NCBI GenBank assembly: GCA_049516875.1
Contig: JBEKSS010000002.1
Coordinates: forward strand, 96,001 to 160,000
Direction: 5' to 3'
DNA length: 64,000 nucleotides
Origin: Candidatus Bathyarchaeia archaeon
GTDB taxonomy: Archaea; Thermoproteota; Bathyarchaeia; Bathyarchaeales; Bathycorpusculaceae
Shown: positions 11,391 through 20,174 of the stretch, piece after piece
Layout of the letters: every line of letters begins with the position of its first letter
Position numbering within the stretch: the stretch's first letter is position 1
Notes under the pieces: model-generated
Databases searched by the model: none
Told to the model about the DNA's origin: nothing
Seen by the model: the letters and a program-made list of their open reading frames with translations, nothing else
Made by a program: the position numbers and the translations under genes

Positions 11391-11973
11391 CCCCCTACCC
11401 GGGCCCGAAGAAACCGACTTAGAAAAACTGCGATCGATCGATCTTTTACAGAAGTCTATTAAGTCCAAGAAACGCTTTCTTAAATCTTCCATAAAACTCG
11501 AAAAACACGCACTATGAAATGATCAACCAATTCTCATCAAGAACGGCAGTACTGGTAGCAAGCGCGTAGAACCAGGTTGTATGCTTGGGCTTTCCGTTAC
11601 CGCAGTGCATGCTATGACCTCCTAGAACTACCGCGCTTATCGGGAATAGAAAGCTTTGACCAGTCTTTTGACTTCTTCGATTTTCTCTATATCGGCAATC
11701 GCGCGTTCTATTTACGGGTGTGGGGGAAGAGAACCCCGGAGATCGATCGATTCAGAAGTCTGCAATGGTTTGGCAACTTAGAACGCGCAACCCAGAGCTG
11801 CGAGCGAGAGTTGAGCGAGCATTGCTATCAAACGCAGTTACCGTATGCTTTTTGTGATATGTAGTCCATTGGACAAATATCTGCCTTGCGTTTTGGTCAG
11901 GGACACGCGTCTCACCATATTCTTGTCTAGTGTGAGGATGGCAAGTCAATGAACGACTTATCATAGATGTCTG

Positions 11974-12621
11974 TTAGAAGACGATTTTGCGACAGTGAAA
12001 GGCTTCAGCGTACTTGCTTGGTGAATTGGATTCTACGCCTCGAATTCTCAGTATCGATCTAAAGGTCTCTTCAGTGAACCAGTGTTTTTTCTTCTGGGTC
12101 TTGAAGATGCTAGAGATGAGGCTTATTTTCATTTGAACGAGTGGCTCGTCGAGGTGAACGTAGAAGTTTGGGATTCCCAGGTCTCCGTCGTATTTTGGGA
12201 CTTCATACTCGAGGATGAAATGGTCCCTAAACGTGTTCCAAGTCAGATCGGAGATCAAGCGATGATCTTGATGAGCATCGTTGCTGTAGTGAGTTAATAC
12301 CATATCGGGAGAGAATTCCTTCTTTAGCTTCTCAAAGTAGTCCTTGATGTGCGCGCCAACAAATGGGAAATAGGATTCTCTGAACTGTTGGATGTCTATC
12401 TTCTTCAACTTGACGTCTTTCAGAAAAGCGTTTGCGCCTTCCCATGCCTCTTTGCCTCGTCTTGCGTTCCCACTGAGTACAGACCAGTAGAACTGAACGT
12501 CGCCCCGCTCTACTAGTCTCAGGATGGTGCCTCCACACCCGATTTCTATGTCGTCTGGATGCGAGCCCAAACATAAGACGTTTAATCTTGGAGATTTCTC
12601 AGGGAATTTGAGTTTAAGCAT
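11974..12621 (-). CDS. PIG-L/LmbE family deacetylase
   Basis: LGSHPDDIEIGCGGT, DAHQDH. Confidence 0.9.
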   Translation of the reverse strand: MLKLKFPEKSPRLNVLCLGSHPDDIEIGCGGTILRLVERGDVQFYWSVLSGNARRGKEAWEGANAFLKDVKLKKIDIQQFRESYFPFVGAHIKDYFEKLKKEFSPDMVLTHYSNDAHQDHRLISDLTWNTFRDHFILEYEVPKYDGDLGIPNFYVHLDEPLVQMKISLISSIFKTQKKKHWFTEETFRSILRIRGVESNSPSKYAEAFHCRKIVF

Positions 12622-12644
12622 TCCAGATTGCCCCACGGTAATTT

Positions 12645-13430
12645 CTAACTGTTCGTATTTTTCCACACCTCCCAAGGCGCTTTACGTCCGGAGGCCAGTT
12701 CATCCAGCCGCTGCTTATCCTTGTATGTATCTAGGTTTGCCCAGAATCCATCATACTCGTATGCAACTAGTTCACTTCTCTTGATTAATCGTTGAAAAGG
12801 CTCGTCTACCAGATCTTCCCCCTCATTAATGTAATCAAATATCTCGTTCTTGAAAACGAAGAATCCTCCGTTAATTATCATGCCGGATTGACTTGCGTGG
12901 CGAATACTTTTGACACGACCGTCAGTGCCTGTTGAAACAACATGGAACGTGCCGAAGGTTTTCACAGCAAGAAAACAGCCTATCTTTCTGCGTTTGATAA
13001 AGAAATCAATCAACTTAGGAAGGTACAAATCAGTGACAGCGTCACTGTAATTGGCCAAAAACGCTTCTTCCCCTTCTAAGTATTTCTGAACTGCCTTCAA
13101 TCTCTGTCCAACATTTGAGTGCAAGCCTGTCTCAACGAAGGTGATTCTCCAATCTTCAATGTCACTCTTGAGCAGTTGCCGTTCTTTGCCTCCGTTCGAG
13201 AGAATGAAATCGTTCGAGAGGCATTCGTCGTAGTTCAAGAAGAATCTCTTGATCTGTTCCCCTTTGTAGCCAAGGCAGAGGACGAAGTCCTTATGTCCAA
13301 AGTGGGCATAATATTTCATGAGATGCCATAAGACGGGTTTTTCTCCGATGGTGACCATGGGTTTCGGAACGTTCTCAGTGCTGGGATAGAGTCTCAATCC
13401 CAAGCCGCCGCAAACCAAGACAACTTTCAT
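12645..13430 (-). CDS. rfbF: Glucose-1-phosphate cytidylyltransferase
   Basis: CGGLGLRL..PKPMVTIG..LWHLMKYY..CLGYKG, INGGFF, GFWANLDT. Confidence 0.85.
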   Translation of the reverse strand: MKVVLVCGGLGLRLYPSTENVPKPMVTIGEKPVLWHLMKYYAHFGHKDFVLCLGYKGEQIKRFFLNYDECLSNDFILSNGGKERQLLKSDIEDWRITFVETGLHSNVGQRLKAVQKYLEGEEAFLANYSDAVTDLYLPKLIDFFIKRRKIGCFLAVKTFGTFHVVSTGTDGRVKSIRHASQSGMIINGGFFVFKNEIFDYINEGEDLVDEPFQRLIKRSELVAYEYDGFWANLDTYKDKQRLDELASGRKAPWEVWKNTNS

Positions 13431-13449
13431 TCATTTCCCTCTCTTTGTT

Positions 13450-14727
13450 CTAGGTAACATTGCAAGTTTCGCTGCAGTTCGCATCGTAAATCTTCACCTC
13501 TGGTATCGGTACAATGAATCTGCCACCCCACTGACCTATATATGACATCTGTTTCATTATTTCATCTTTCAGGTTCCAAGGTAGAATCAGCACGTAATCA
13601 GGCTTGGTTTCTTTTATCCTATCAGGATGGAAGATAGGGATGTGAGTTCCTGGCAGAAACTTTCCTTGCTTGTAATGGTTTCTATCAACAGTGTAGTCGA
13701 GGAAGTCCGATCGGACGCCACAGTAATTGAGAAGAGTATTACCCTTGCCTGGAGCACCGTATCCGACGATTGATTTCTTTTTTCGCTTGAGACTGATTAA
13801 CGAGCCTAAGAGATCTCTCTTTGTTTCTTTGACCTTTTCGGTGAACGAGAAGTATTTTTCAAGGTCCGTGAAACCCTCCGTGTTTTCTCTAGCTCTCAAC
13901 TCATCCACATGGCGAGTTACACGCTTGGATCTGTCCTCGCTGTGTCGAGCATAGATCCTTAGAGAGCCACCATGAGTAGGCAGTTCGTCGACGTCAAAAA
14001 TAGTTAAGCCGTGTGCGGCAAACACTCTTTCAGCGGTGAGGAAGGAGAAATATGAGAAATGCTCATGATAGATTGTGTCAAATTGGTTTCCATCCATTAA
14101 TTTCATCAGATGTGGGAACTCCATGGTGATGGTGCCCTTCGGTTTGAGTAGGATCTTCATGCTTTTCACGAATCCGTTGAGGTCGGGTACCTGAGCCAAT
14201 ACATTGTTTCCAATTAATAGATTGGCATGTTTTTTCTTCGCCGCTAGTTCATTAGCAGTCTTCAAGCCGAAGAATTTGACAGTAGTTGGTATTCCGTTTC
14301 TGATAGCTGCCGCCGCAACATTAGCCGCTGGCTCTACACCCAGGACTGGTATGCCTTTTCGAGCGAAGTATTGAAGAAGATAGCCATCGTTGCTGCCTAT
14401 TTCCACTACTTGACTTTTTCTATCTAACCCAAGTCTGTCAATAATCATTTCAGCATAGTTCTTGGCATGGTTCAGCCATGTTTCAGAGTATGACGAGAAG
14501 TATGCATATTCGGTGAAGATTCTTTCAGGAGACACGTACTCTTCCAGTTGAACCAAGAAACAGTTCTTGCAAACATGGGCATGCAGCGGATAGAAGGGCT
14601 CCATCTGGTTCAATTGATCTGGGCCCAAATAGCTTTCACAGAGAGGTTGCATTCCCAGGTCGACAAACGTATGTTGCAGTTCTGATCCACAGAATCTGCA
14701 TCGAGGCAACTCAGTTTTCTTGCTCAT
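13450..14727 (-). CDS. NDP-sugar C-methyltransferase
   Basis: CRFCGS..DLGMQPLC zinc site, EIGSNDGYLL, DTIYHEHFSYF, HGGSLR, GYGAPGKG. Confidence 0.9.
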   Translation of the reverse strand: MSKKTELPRCRFCGSELQHTFVDLGMQPLCESYLGPDQLNQMEPFYPLHAHVCKNCFLVQLEEYVSPERIFTEYAYFSSYSETWLNHAKNYAEMIIDRLGLDRKSQVVEIGSNDGYLLQYFARKGIPVLGVEPAANVAAAAIRNGIPTTVKFFGLKTANELAAKKKHANLLIGNNVLAQVPDLNGFVKSMKILLKPKGTITMEFPHLMKLMDGNQFDTIYHEHFSYFSFLTAERVFAAHGLTIFDVDELPTHGGSLRIYARHSEDRSKRVTRHVDELRARENTEGFTDLEKYFSFTEKVKETKRDLLGSLISLKRKKKSIVGYGAPGKGNTLLNYCGVRSDFLDYTVDRNHYKQGKFLPGTHIPIFHPDRIKETKPDYVLILPWNLKDEIMKQMSYIGQWGGRFIVPIPEVKIYDANCSETCNVT

Positions 14728-14958
14728 TCATTTTCCTCAAGGTGTCAATCGATTAATTCCTTGAGATTGATCGACGTTACTGAAGCTAAATAGTTTTTGC
14801 CACATTGCTTAATCGCTCGAATTCAGACACCAAATCAGCGCGCACTGCTTCCAGCGCGCGCGCAAATCAGACTAGAGGAATTCTATAGAAGGGTCATCCA
14901 GTCTGATTTATAAAGACGATACCGCAAAGATCCTTATACAAAGTAGCAGGGTGGAACT

Positions 14959-16788
14959 GTGAAGAAAATTATTCGAGGTCTTGCCATAGCGATTATTTTT
15001 TGTGCTATGCTGACTACAGCATATGGATCGAATGTGTATGGTTTTTCGCAAAAAATCAGCCTATCTAATTCTTCAACGTCTTCGTTCCCACAAAACGGGA
15101 TGGTGAGCATAGCTTTTGACGATAGCTTACAAAGCCAGTACGACTATGCTTTGCCTCTGCTAAAAGCGAAAGGAATGCACGCGACATTCTATGTTATCTC
15201 GGATCGTGTTGGTAAAAGTGGTTACTTGACTGTTTCAGAACTGCAGGATTTGCAAAGCAACGGAAATGAAATAGGTAGCCACAGCAAAACCCATCCAGGT
15301 TTCACGGGAATTTCAGACGCACAGATTCAACAAGAATGTTCGGTTTCAAAGCAAGTCTTACAATCGTATGGCTTGACAATCAACAATTTTGCCTATCCAT
15401 ATGGTGACTGCAACACACACACCGACTCCATAGTCAGCCAATACTACAGGTCGGCAAGATCAGCCTATGATTACCCTTACATCATGCAACTTCCGACAAC
15501 ACAGTTCAGATTGTTGGCAACAGCTGGAAACATACAGACCTATATTACAGAGCTTCAAGGATACGTTAACAATGTGATAGCATCTAAAGGATGGGCAATA
15601 ATAGTGTTCCACGATGTCGTTCCGAGTGCTGGTGACTGGCAGACAAGCACGCAAGTTTTTAGCCAATTCTTGGACTACTTGGAAGCCAATGGTGTGGAAG
15701 TATTGACTGTGAACCAGGCCCTAGACATGGGTTCGCGTGATGTCGACATAACTAGTGTAGTGCCCTCCGCTGTACAAGCCGTCCCCGGAACAATCATCGA
15801 CATAAACGTCACTGCGAGAAATGAAGGGGCAATGACGGAGACTTTCAACATTACCACGTATTATGATAACAACGAGATTGGCACTCAAACTGTCACCGAC
15901 TTGGCTTCCGGAGCAAACAGAACCATCACCTTTGGCTGGAATACTAATGCTGTGCCATTTGGTGACTATACGATCAAGGCAATAGCAAGCACGGTTCCCG
16001 AAGAGGTAGACACAGCGGACAACACATACGTCGGCGGCACAGTAACAATATTCGGACCACCAATAGCCAGCTTCACTTACTACCCATCAAACCCTTACAT
16101 CAATCAACCCGTTCTGTTTAATGCATCATCATCCACACCGGATGGCGGAACCATCACAAATTGCCTGTGGGACTTCGGTGATGGCAATATTACATCAGCG
16201 GCCAGCACCATAACGTCTCACGTATATACCTTGGGCGGAACTTACAACGTTGCGCTAACAGTGACCAACACTGAAGGCCTAAATGGGTCGGCATCCGAAC
16301 TGGTGACAGCAGAAGTCATGGTAGCGGACATCTTTTCTGTAGCATCCAACTCAACCGTTTCTGATCTGTCATTCAATTCGACAAGCTTGGAGCTAGGCTT
16401 CACCGTGGCTGGCCCCTCAGGCACGACAGGACTCACAAGAGTGACAATCGCAAAAACTTTCGTGGCAAATGTCACAAATCTCAAAGTGTTCTTGGACGAA
16501 AAACCGTGGCAGTATTCAGTCACCGAAACAGGGGATTCATGGGTGGTATCCTTTACATACACGCACAGCACTCATTACATAATGCTAGCTTTGAATCCTT
16601 CTCGCTTACGTGGCGATGTGAACAATGATGGACAGGTCAACATGCTGGACGTGAGCATGGTAGTCGCAGCTTTTGGTTCGAAGCCCACAGATACAAGATG
16701 GAATTCTGCAGCAGACTTGGACAACAATGGAATAATAAACATCAGGGACATAGCCATAGTAGTTAGAGAATTCGGAAACACAGTCTAG
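14959..16788 (+). CDS. Secreted polysaccharide deacetylase with CARDB/PKD and C-terminal dockerin-like domains
   Basis: Signal peptide; IAFDD, EIGSHSKTH, FAYPYG; WDFGDG (PKD); GDVNNDGQVNMLD..ADLDNNGIINIRD. Confidence 0.88.
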   Translation: MKKIIRGLAIAIIFCAMLTTAYGSNVYGFSQKISLSNSSTSSFPQNGMVSIAFDDSLQSQYDYALPLLKAKGMHATFYVISDRVGKSGYLTVSELQDLQSNGNEIGSHSKTHPGFTGISDAQIQQECSVSKQVLQSYGLTINNFAYPYGDCNTHTDSIVSQYYRSARSAYDYPYIMQLPTTQFRLLATAGNIQTYITELQGYVNNVIASKGWAIIVFHDVVPSAGDWQTSTQVFSQFLDYLEANGVEVLTVNQALDMGSRDVDITSVVPSAVQAVPGTIIDINVTARNEGAMTETFNITTYYDNNEIGTQTVTDLASGANRTITFGWNTNAVPFGDYTIKAIASTVPEEVDTADNTYVGGTVTIFGPPIASFTYYPSNPYINQPVLFNASSSTPDGGTITNCLWDFGDGNITSAASTITSHVYTLGGTYNVALTVTNTEGLNGSASELVTAEVMVADIFSVASNSTVSDLSFNSTSLELGFTVAGPSGTTGLTRVTIAKTFVANVTNLKVFLDEKPWQYSVTETGDSWVVSFTYTHSTHYIMLALNPSRLRGDVNNDGQVNMLDVSMVVAAFGSKPTDTRWNSAADLDNNGIINIRDIAIVVREFGNTV

Positions 16789-16849
16789 AATCCTACCTTG
16801 GAATCTTATTCCGAGAAAATTCTGAACGTGCGCGCTAAACGAGCGCGCG

Positions 16850-16960
16850 CCCTGAAAAACCCAGGCAACCTAGCCCTCGCCCTGAAAGCCTTAACCATGA
16901 CAGTCGCAATGATAGCACTATACTTTCAAGACCTGAGAATAATCTTCACCGACGCGCGCC
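16850..16960 (+). pseudogene. Possible N-terminal stub of an exosortase/archaeosortase-like membrane protein
   Basis: Single TM LALALKALTMTVAMIALYFQDLRIIFTDA that degenerates at gcgcgcc (16954); family assignment is from memory only. Confidence 0.35.
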
Positions 16961-17065
16961 ACGTTTGGAAAACCAGGATGACCGGCAAAAGTCGAGAACA
17001 CAAGCGTCTGAGCGTGTGGAAGCAGATAATAACCCGTAGCTCAAAGTAGAAAAGAGGAGTCCAAA

Positions 17066-17890
17066 GTGCGCGTAGGAATAAACCTAGTAAGCTCAGCAAG
17101 TGTGACAATGCTTCTGCTGGGCACGATATCCCTAGTAGCTTCAATAGGCTATAATTCATCCATACTTGCTTTCATAGGCCTAGGCCTAGTCTTCTGGGGA
17201 GCAGTTCTCCTCTACATCAAACCCGAACGATACGCGAAAAAAACCCTCTTGGAAGCCGCATTGTCACCTTCTCTCACAACATTAAACCAGATGATCCTGG
17301 AACTCGGCTACAAAGGAGACGCCACATACCTCCCCCCAAAATACTTCACAGATCCAGAGACCACCCGGATGTGCGTGTCAAAATACAAGTATACAAGCCT
17401 TCCAACGCCAGAACAAATCCAACCATACGAGGACCAACCCTTAGCCCAAACCGCGCAAGGCCTGCTGCTCACACCGCCCGGGTTTGAGCTGTCAAAACTG
17501 CTGGAAAAGTCACTCGGAAAGAGCTTCATCAAAACAGACCTCGAAAGCCTCCAGCAGAGCCTCCCAAAAATCTTCATCGAAGACTTGGAAATCGCCGAAA
17601 ACCTGGAACTGCAAGCAGACACTTTCAACAAAAAAGAAGGCGTAACTGCATATGTCACTCAGGTGAGGAACACCACGGTCCACGCAACAATAACCAAACC
17701 GATCATTAGAAACAAACTCGAAGAGGCTGAACAAACCTCGCAGATAACCAGCTCAATCTTCTTCCCGCTCTGCAGCGCCATCGCCATAGCCATAACCAAG
17801 GCAACAGGCAAACCAGTAAGAATAACAGACACTATGAGCTCCGAGGACGGCAATGTTATAGAGGCCAGCTTCGAAATCGTGGAGGAATAG
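17066..17890 (+). CDS. Hypothetical membrane-anchored protein
   Basis: 274 aa, two N-terminal TM helices, YLPPKY and CSAIAIAITKATGKPV motifs. Confidence 0.75.
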   Translation: MRVGINLVSSASVTMLLLGTISLVASIGYNSSILAFIGLGLVFWGAVLLYIKPERYAKKTLLEAALSPSLTTLNQMILELGYKGDATYLPPKYFTDPETTRMCVSKYKYTSLPTPEQIQPYEDQPLAQTAQGLLLTPPGFELSKLLEKSLGKSFIKTDLESLQQSLPKIFIEDLEIAENLELQADTFNKKEGVTAYVTQVRNTTVHATITKPIIRNKLEEAEQTSQITSSIFFPLCSAIAIAITKATGKPVRITDTMSSEDGNVIEASFEIVEE

Positions 17891-17894
17891 CGCA

Positions 17895-18107
17895 ATGGAT
17901 TTTCCCATGTCATTCTGGGACATGAGCCTGTGGCTAGCCATCACAGCCATAATCCTACTCGTAACATCAGAACTCATCTCATCGTACTACGGAAAAACAA
18001 ACCCCCCCATCAACGAAAACAGACTACGAAATGTAGCACTAGCCGTCTCAACACTCTTCCTCGCAACAGTGGCTGTAAGAATAGTCACCATCATAATCAG
18101 CCCGTAA
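17895..18107 (+). CDS. Small two-TM membrane protein
   Basis: SD ggagg upstream; two hydrophobic helices; 4 nt after the previous stop. Confidence 0.7.
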   Translation: MDFPMSFWDMSLWLAITAIILLVTSELISSYYGKTNPPINENRLRNVALAVSTLFLATVAVRIVTIIISP

Positions 18108-18329
18108 CGCGGAAAGAAACACGAAGACCAACGCGCTTGCAACCCACATTCTATACAGCGACAAACATGAAGGCACGTCTGGATTCCATGCAGACACAGA
18201 ATTCTGCGGCCGCACGTGCCTCCGGTGGAAACGCTGTTTCTTACAACAACGAAACAACGTTAACATAGAAGCATAAACCCTAAAACCTACAATAAACCTA
18301 ACAAGCCAACAGCCAAGGAGCCAACACAT

Positions 18330-18989
18330 TTGCCCAAAAAACCCGCCGAAGACGAACTGGACCAACAGATAATCCGCACCGTTGAAACGGAAAAACCAGA
18401 AACCATCCAACATCTAATCGACCAAGTACAGGCACTGTCATCAAAACCCAAACAGGAAATATTGGACCGAATACTGCAACTACAGCAAACAGAAAGAATC
18501 CACCTCAAACCAGCCCAAACAGCAACCCCGGAAAAGCTCACCAGCTACCTGCGCTCAAACCAAGCCCTCTGGTACTGGATCACCATGGCACTCACGATAG
18601 CCACAGCCATAGTCGTGTTCACTGTCCCCGAAGACGCCTTCCCACTAGTGTACCTAAGATACGTCCTAGGCACAGCGTTCGTCCTGTGGCTGCCAGGCTA
18701 CGCCTTCACAAAAGCCCTCTTCCCACAAAACCTTCCATTCGCCAAAGCCCTAGCACGCTCATCCGACACGTCTGAAAAAGAGTTGGACGCCATTGAACGC
18801 ATAGCCCTGAGCGTGGGCATGAGCATTGCACTCGTCCCCATCGTCGGCTTGCTCCTAAACTACACACCGTGGGGCATTCGTTTAACACCCATAGTCCTAA
18901 GCCTGCTCGCGTTGACCACAATCTTCGCCACAGCCGGAATCATAAGGGAACATCAAACCAGAGCCCCCCAAAAACGCAAGCCCAAATAG
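18330..18989 (+). CDS. DUF1616-like membrane protein
   Basis: LWLPGYAFTKALFP..ERIALSVGMSIALVP..LNYTPWGI. Confidence 0.8.
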   Translation: MPKKPAEDELDQQIIRTVETEKPETIQHLIDQVQALSSKPKQEILDRILQLQQTERIHLKPAQTATPEKLTSYLRSNQALWYWITMALTIATAIVVFTVPEDAFPLVYLRYVLGTAFVLWLPGYAFTKALFPQNLPFAKALARSSDTSEKELDAIERIALSVGMSIALVPIVGLLLNYTPWGIRLTPIVLSLLALTTIFATAGIIREHQTRAPQKRKPK

Positions 18990-19169
18990 GCGCGCGCTAC
19001 TGAAACCAAAACAGTCAAGGTCGAGCAAACTCCGTCAAAACTCGACAACACGAAACCATCGACAAGAAATAAAAAAAGGACAGATGCCATCCCTTTTGAC
19101 AGCATAATCCCAAAACAGTCAGGGTCGACTGGTTTCCGATCGCACGGGTATCGCTGGTGCCCTGTAGAA

Positions 19170-19628
19170 CTATTGTGTTGCTGTGATGGTTATGTCGAAG
19201 CTGAAGGTTGTGATGCCGGTGATGCTTGATGAAACCGTAAGGCTCAGCACGGCCTGGACAGATGCGCCCACTGCAAGCACGTAACCAGCCCTGTTCCAAG
19301 TCAGCGTGAAGTAGCTTGAAGCCGAACTTGGGTTCCAGTTGCCCGCACTTATGCTTAACGTGACTGGCACGTTGCCCTCGTTCTTCAGGTAAATCGTCGC
19401 CGTTGACGTCCCGCCGGCATTCAATGTTCCCCAACTGACGCTCGATAGCGCGGATGTACATCCGCTGTCTGAGTACACGCCCAGCTGCACCGATGGCGGC
19501 GTGACGACTGCGATGTTGCCCGTGTTCGAGACTGTGCGAGTCGCAACTAATGAGCCCACCGCGCTAGTGACTAGGGCCATAACCGCTAATACTAGGACCG
19601 TTCCCATGGTTGCTTTTTGCATAGCCAT
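19170..19628 (-). CDS. Secreted Ser/Thr-rich beta-sandwich protein (possible surface filament subunit)
   Basis: Signal peptide, SWGTLNAGG..IYLKNEGNVPVTLS, terminal FDITITATQ strand. Confidence 0.7.
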   Translation of the reverse strand: MAMQKATMGTVLVLAVMALVTSAVGSLVATRTVSNTGNIAVVTPPSVQLGVYSDSGCTSALSSVSWGTLNAGGTSTATIYLKNEGNVPVTLSISAGNWNPSSASSYFTLTWNRAGYVLAVGASVQAVLSLTVSSSITGITTFSFDITITATQ

Positions 19629-19869
19629 AATCTTTCACTAAGACAAACAGGGTAATCTGAAGTCTTAATAAACATTATTGTCCACACAAACAACACAAAT
19701 ACACATCACAAAACATACACACAACCAAAAACATGCAAAAACAACCCCAAAAACCACAATAATGTACAACACACCACAAAACACATCCCAACTACTTATC
19801 CCAACTTCATAAAAGCTTTAACTAAGCATAACACGAGTCAACCGTCCGACCTCCAAAAAAAGGCCGTAC

Positions 19870-20076
19870 GTGGTCAACTCTATGCGCAACAGAACAATCA
19901 GGCTACTGTTCCTGCCAATCGCAATACTCCTCTGGATAATCGGATGGACCATGCTCTGGGCAGGCACCCGCAAAGAGCAAAAAACTCAACAAACCCAAGC
20001 CGAAACCGCCGCAGAAAACGAGTCCATAACCATAATACCTATGATATCTGAAGAACAAGAACAATGCGAAGCCTAA
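19870..20076 (+). CDS. Small single-TM hypothetical protein
   Basis: One TM (LLFLPIAILLWIIGWTMLW) and an acidic tail. Confidence 0.55.
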   Translation: MVNSMRNRTIRLLFLPIAILLWIIGWTMLWAGTRKEQKTQQTQAETAAENESITIIPMISEEQEQCEA

Positions 20077-20174
20077 CCGGCGCGCGTTCGATCGATCACA
20101 CAAACAGCTAAATCACAAAAACCGTTAAATATGTTCTAACCCTCTTGAGCAAAGCCTGAAAGGATGGAAAGACC

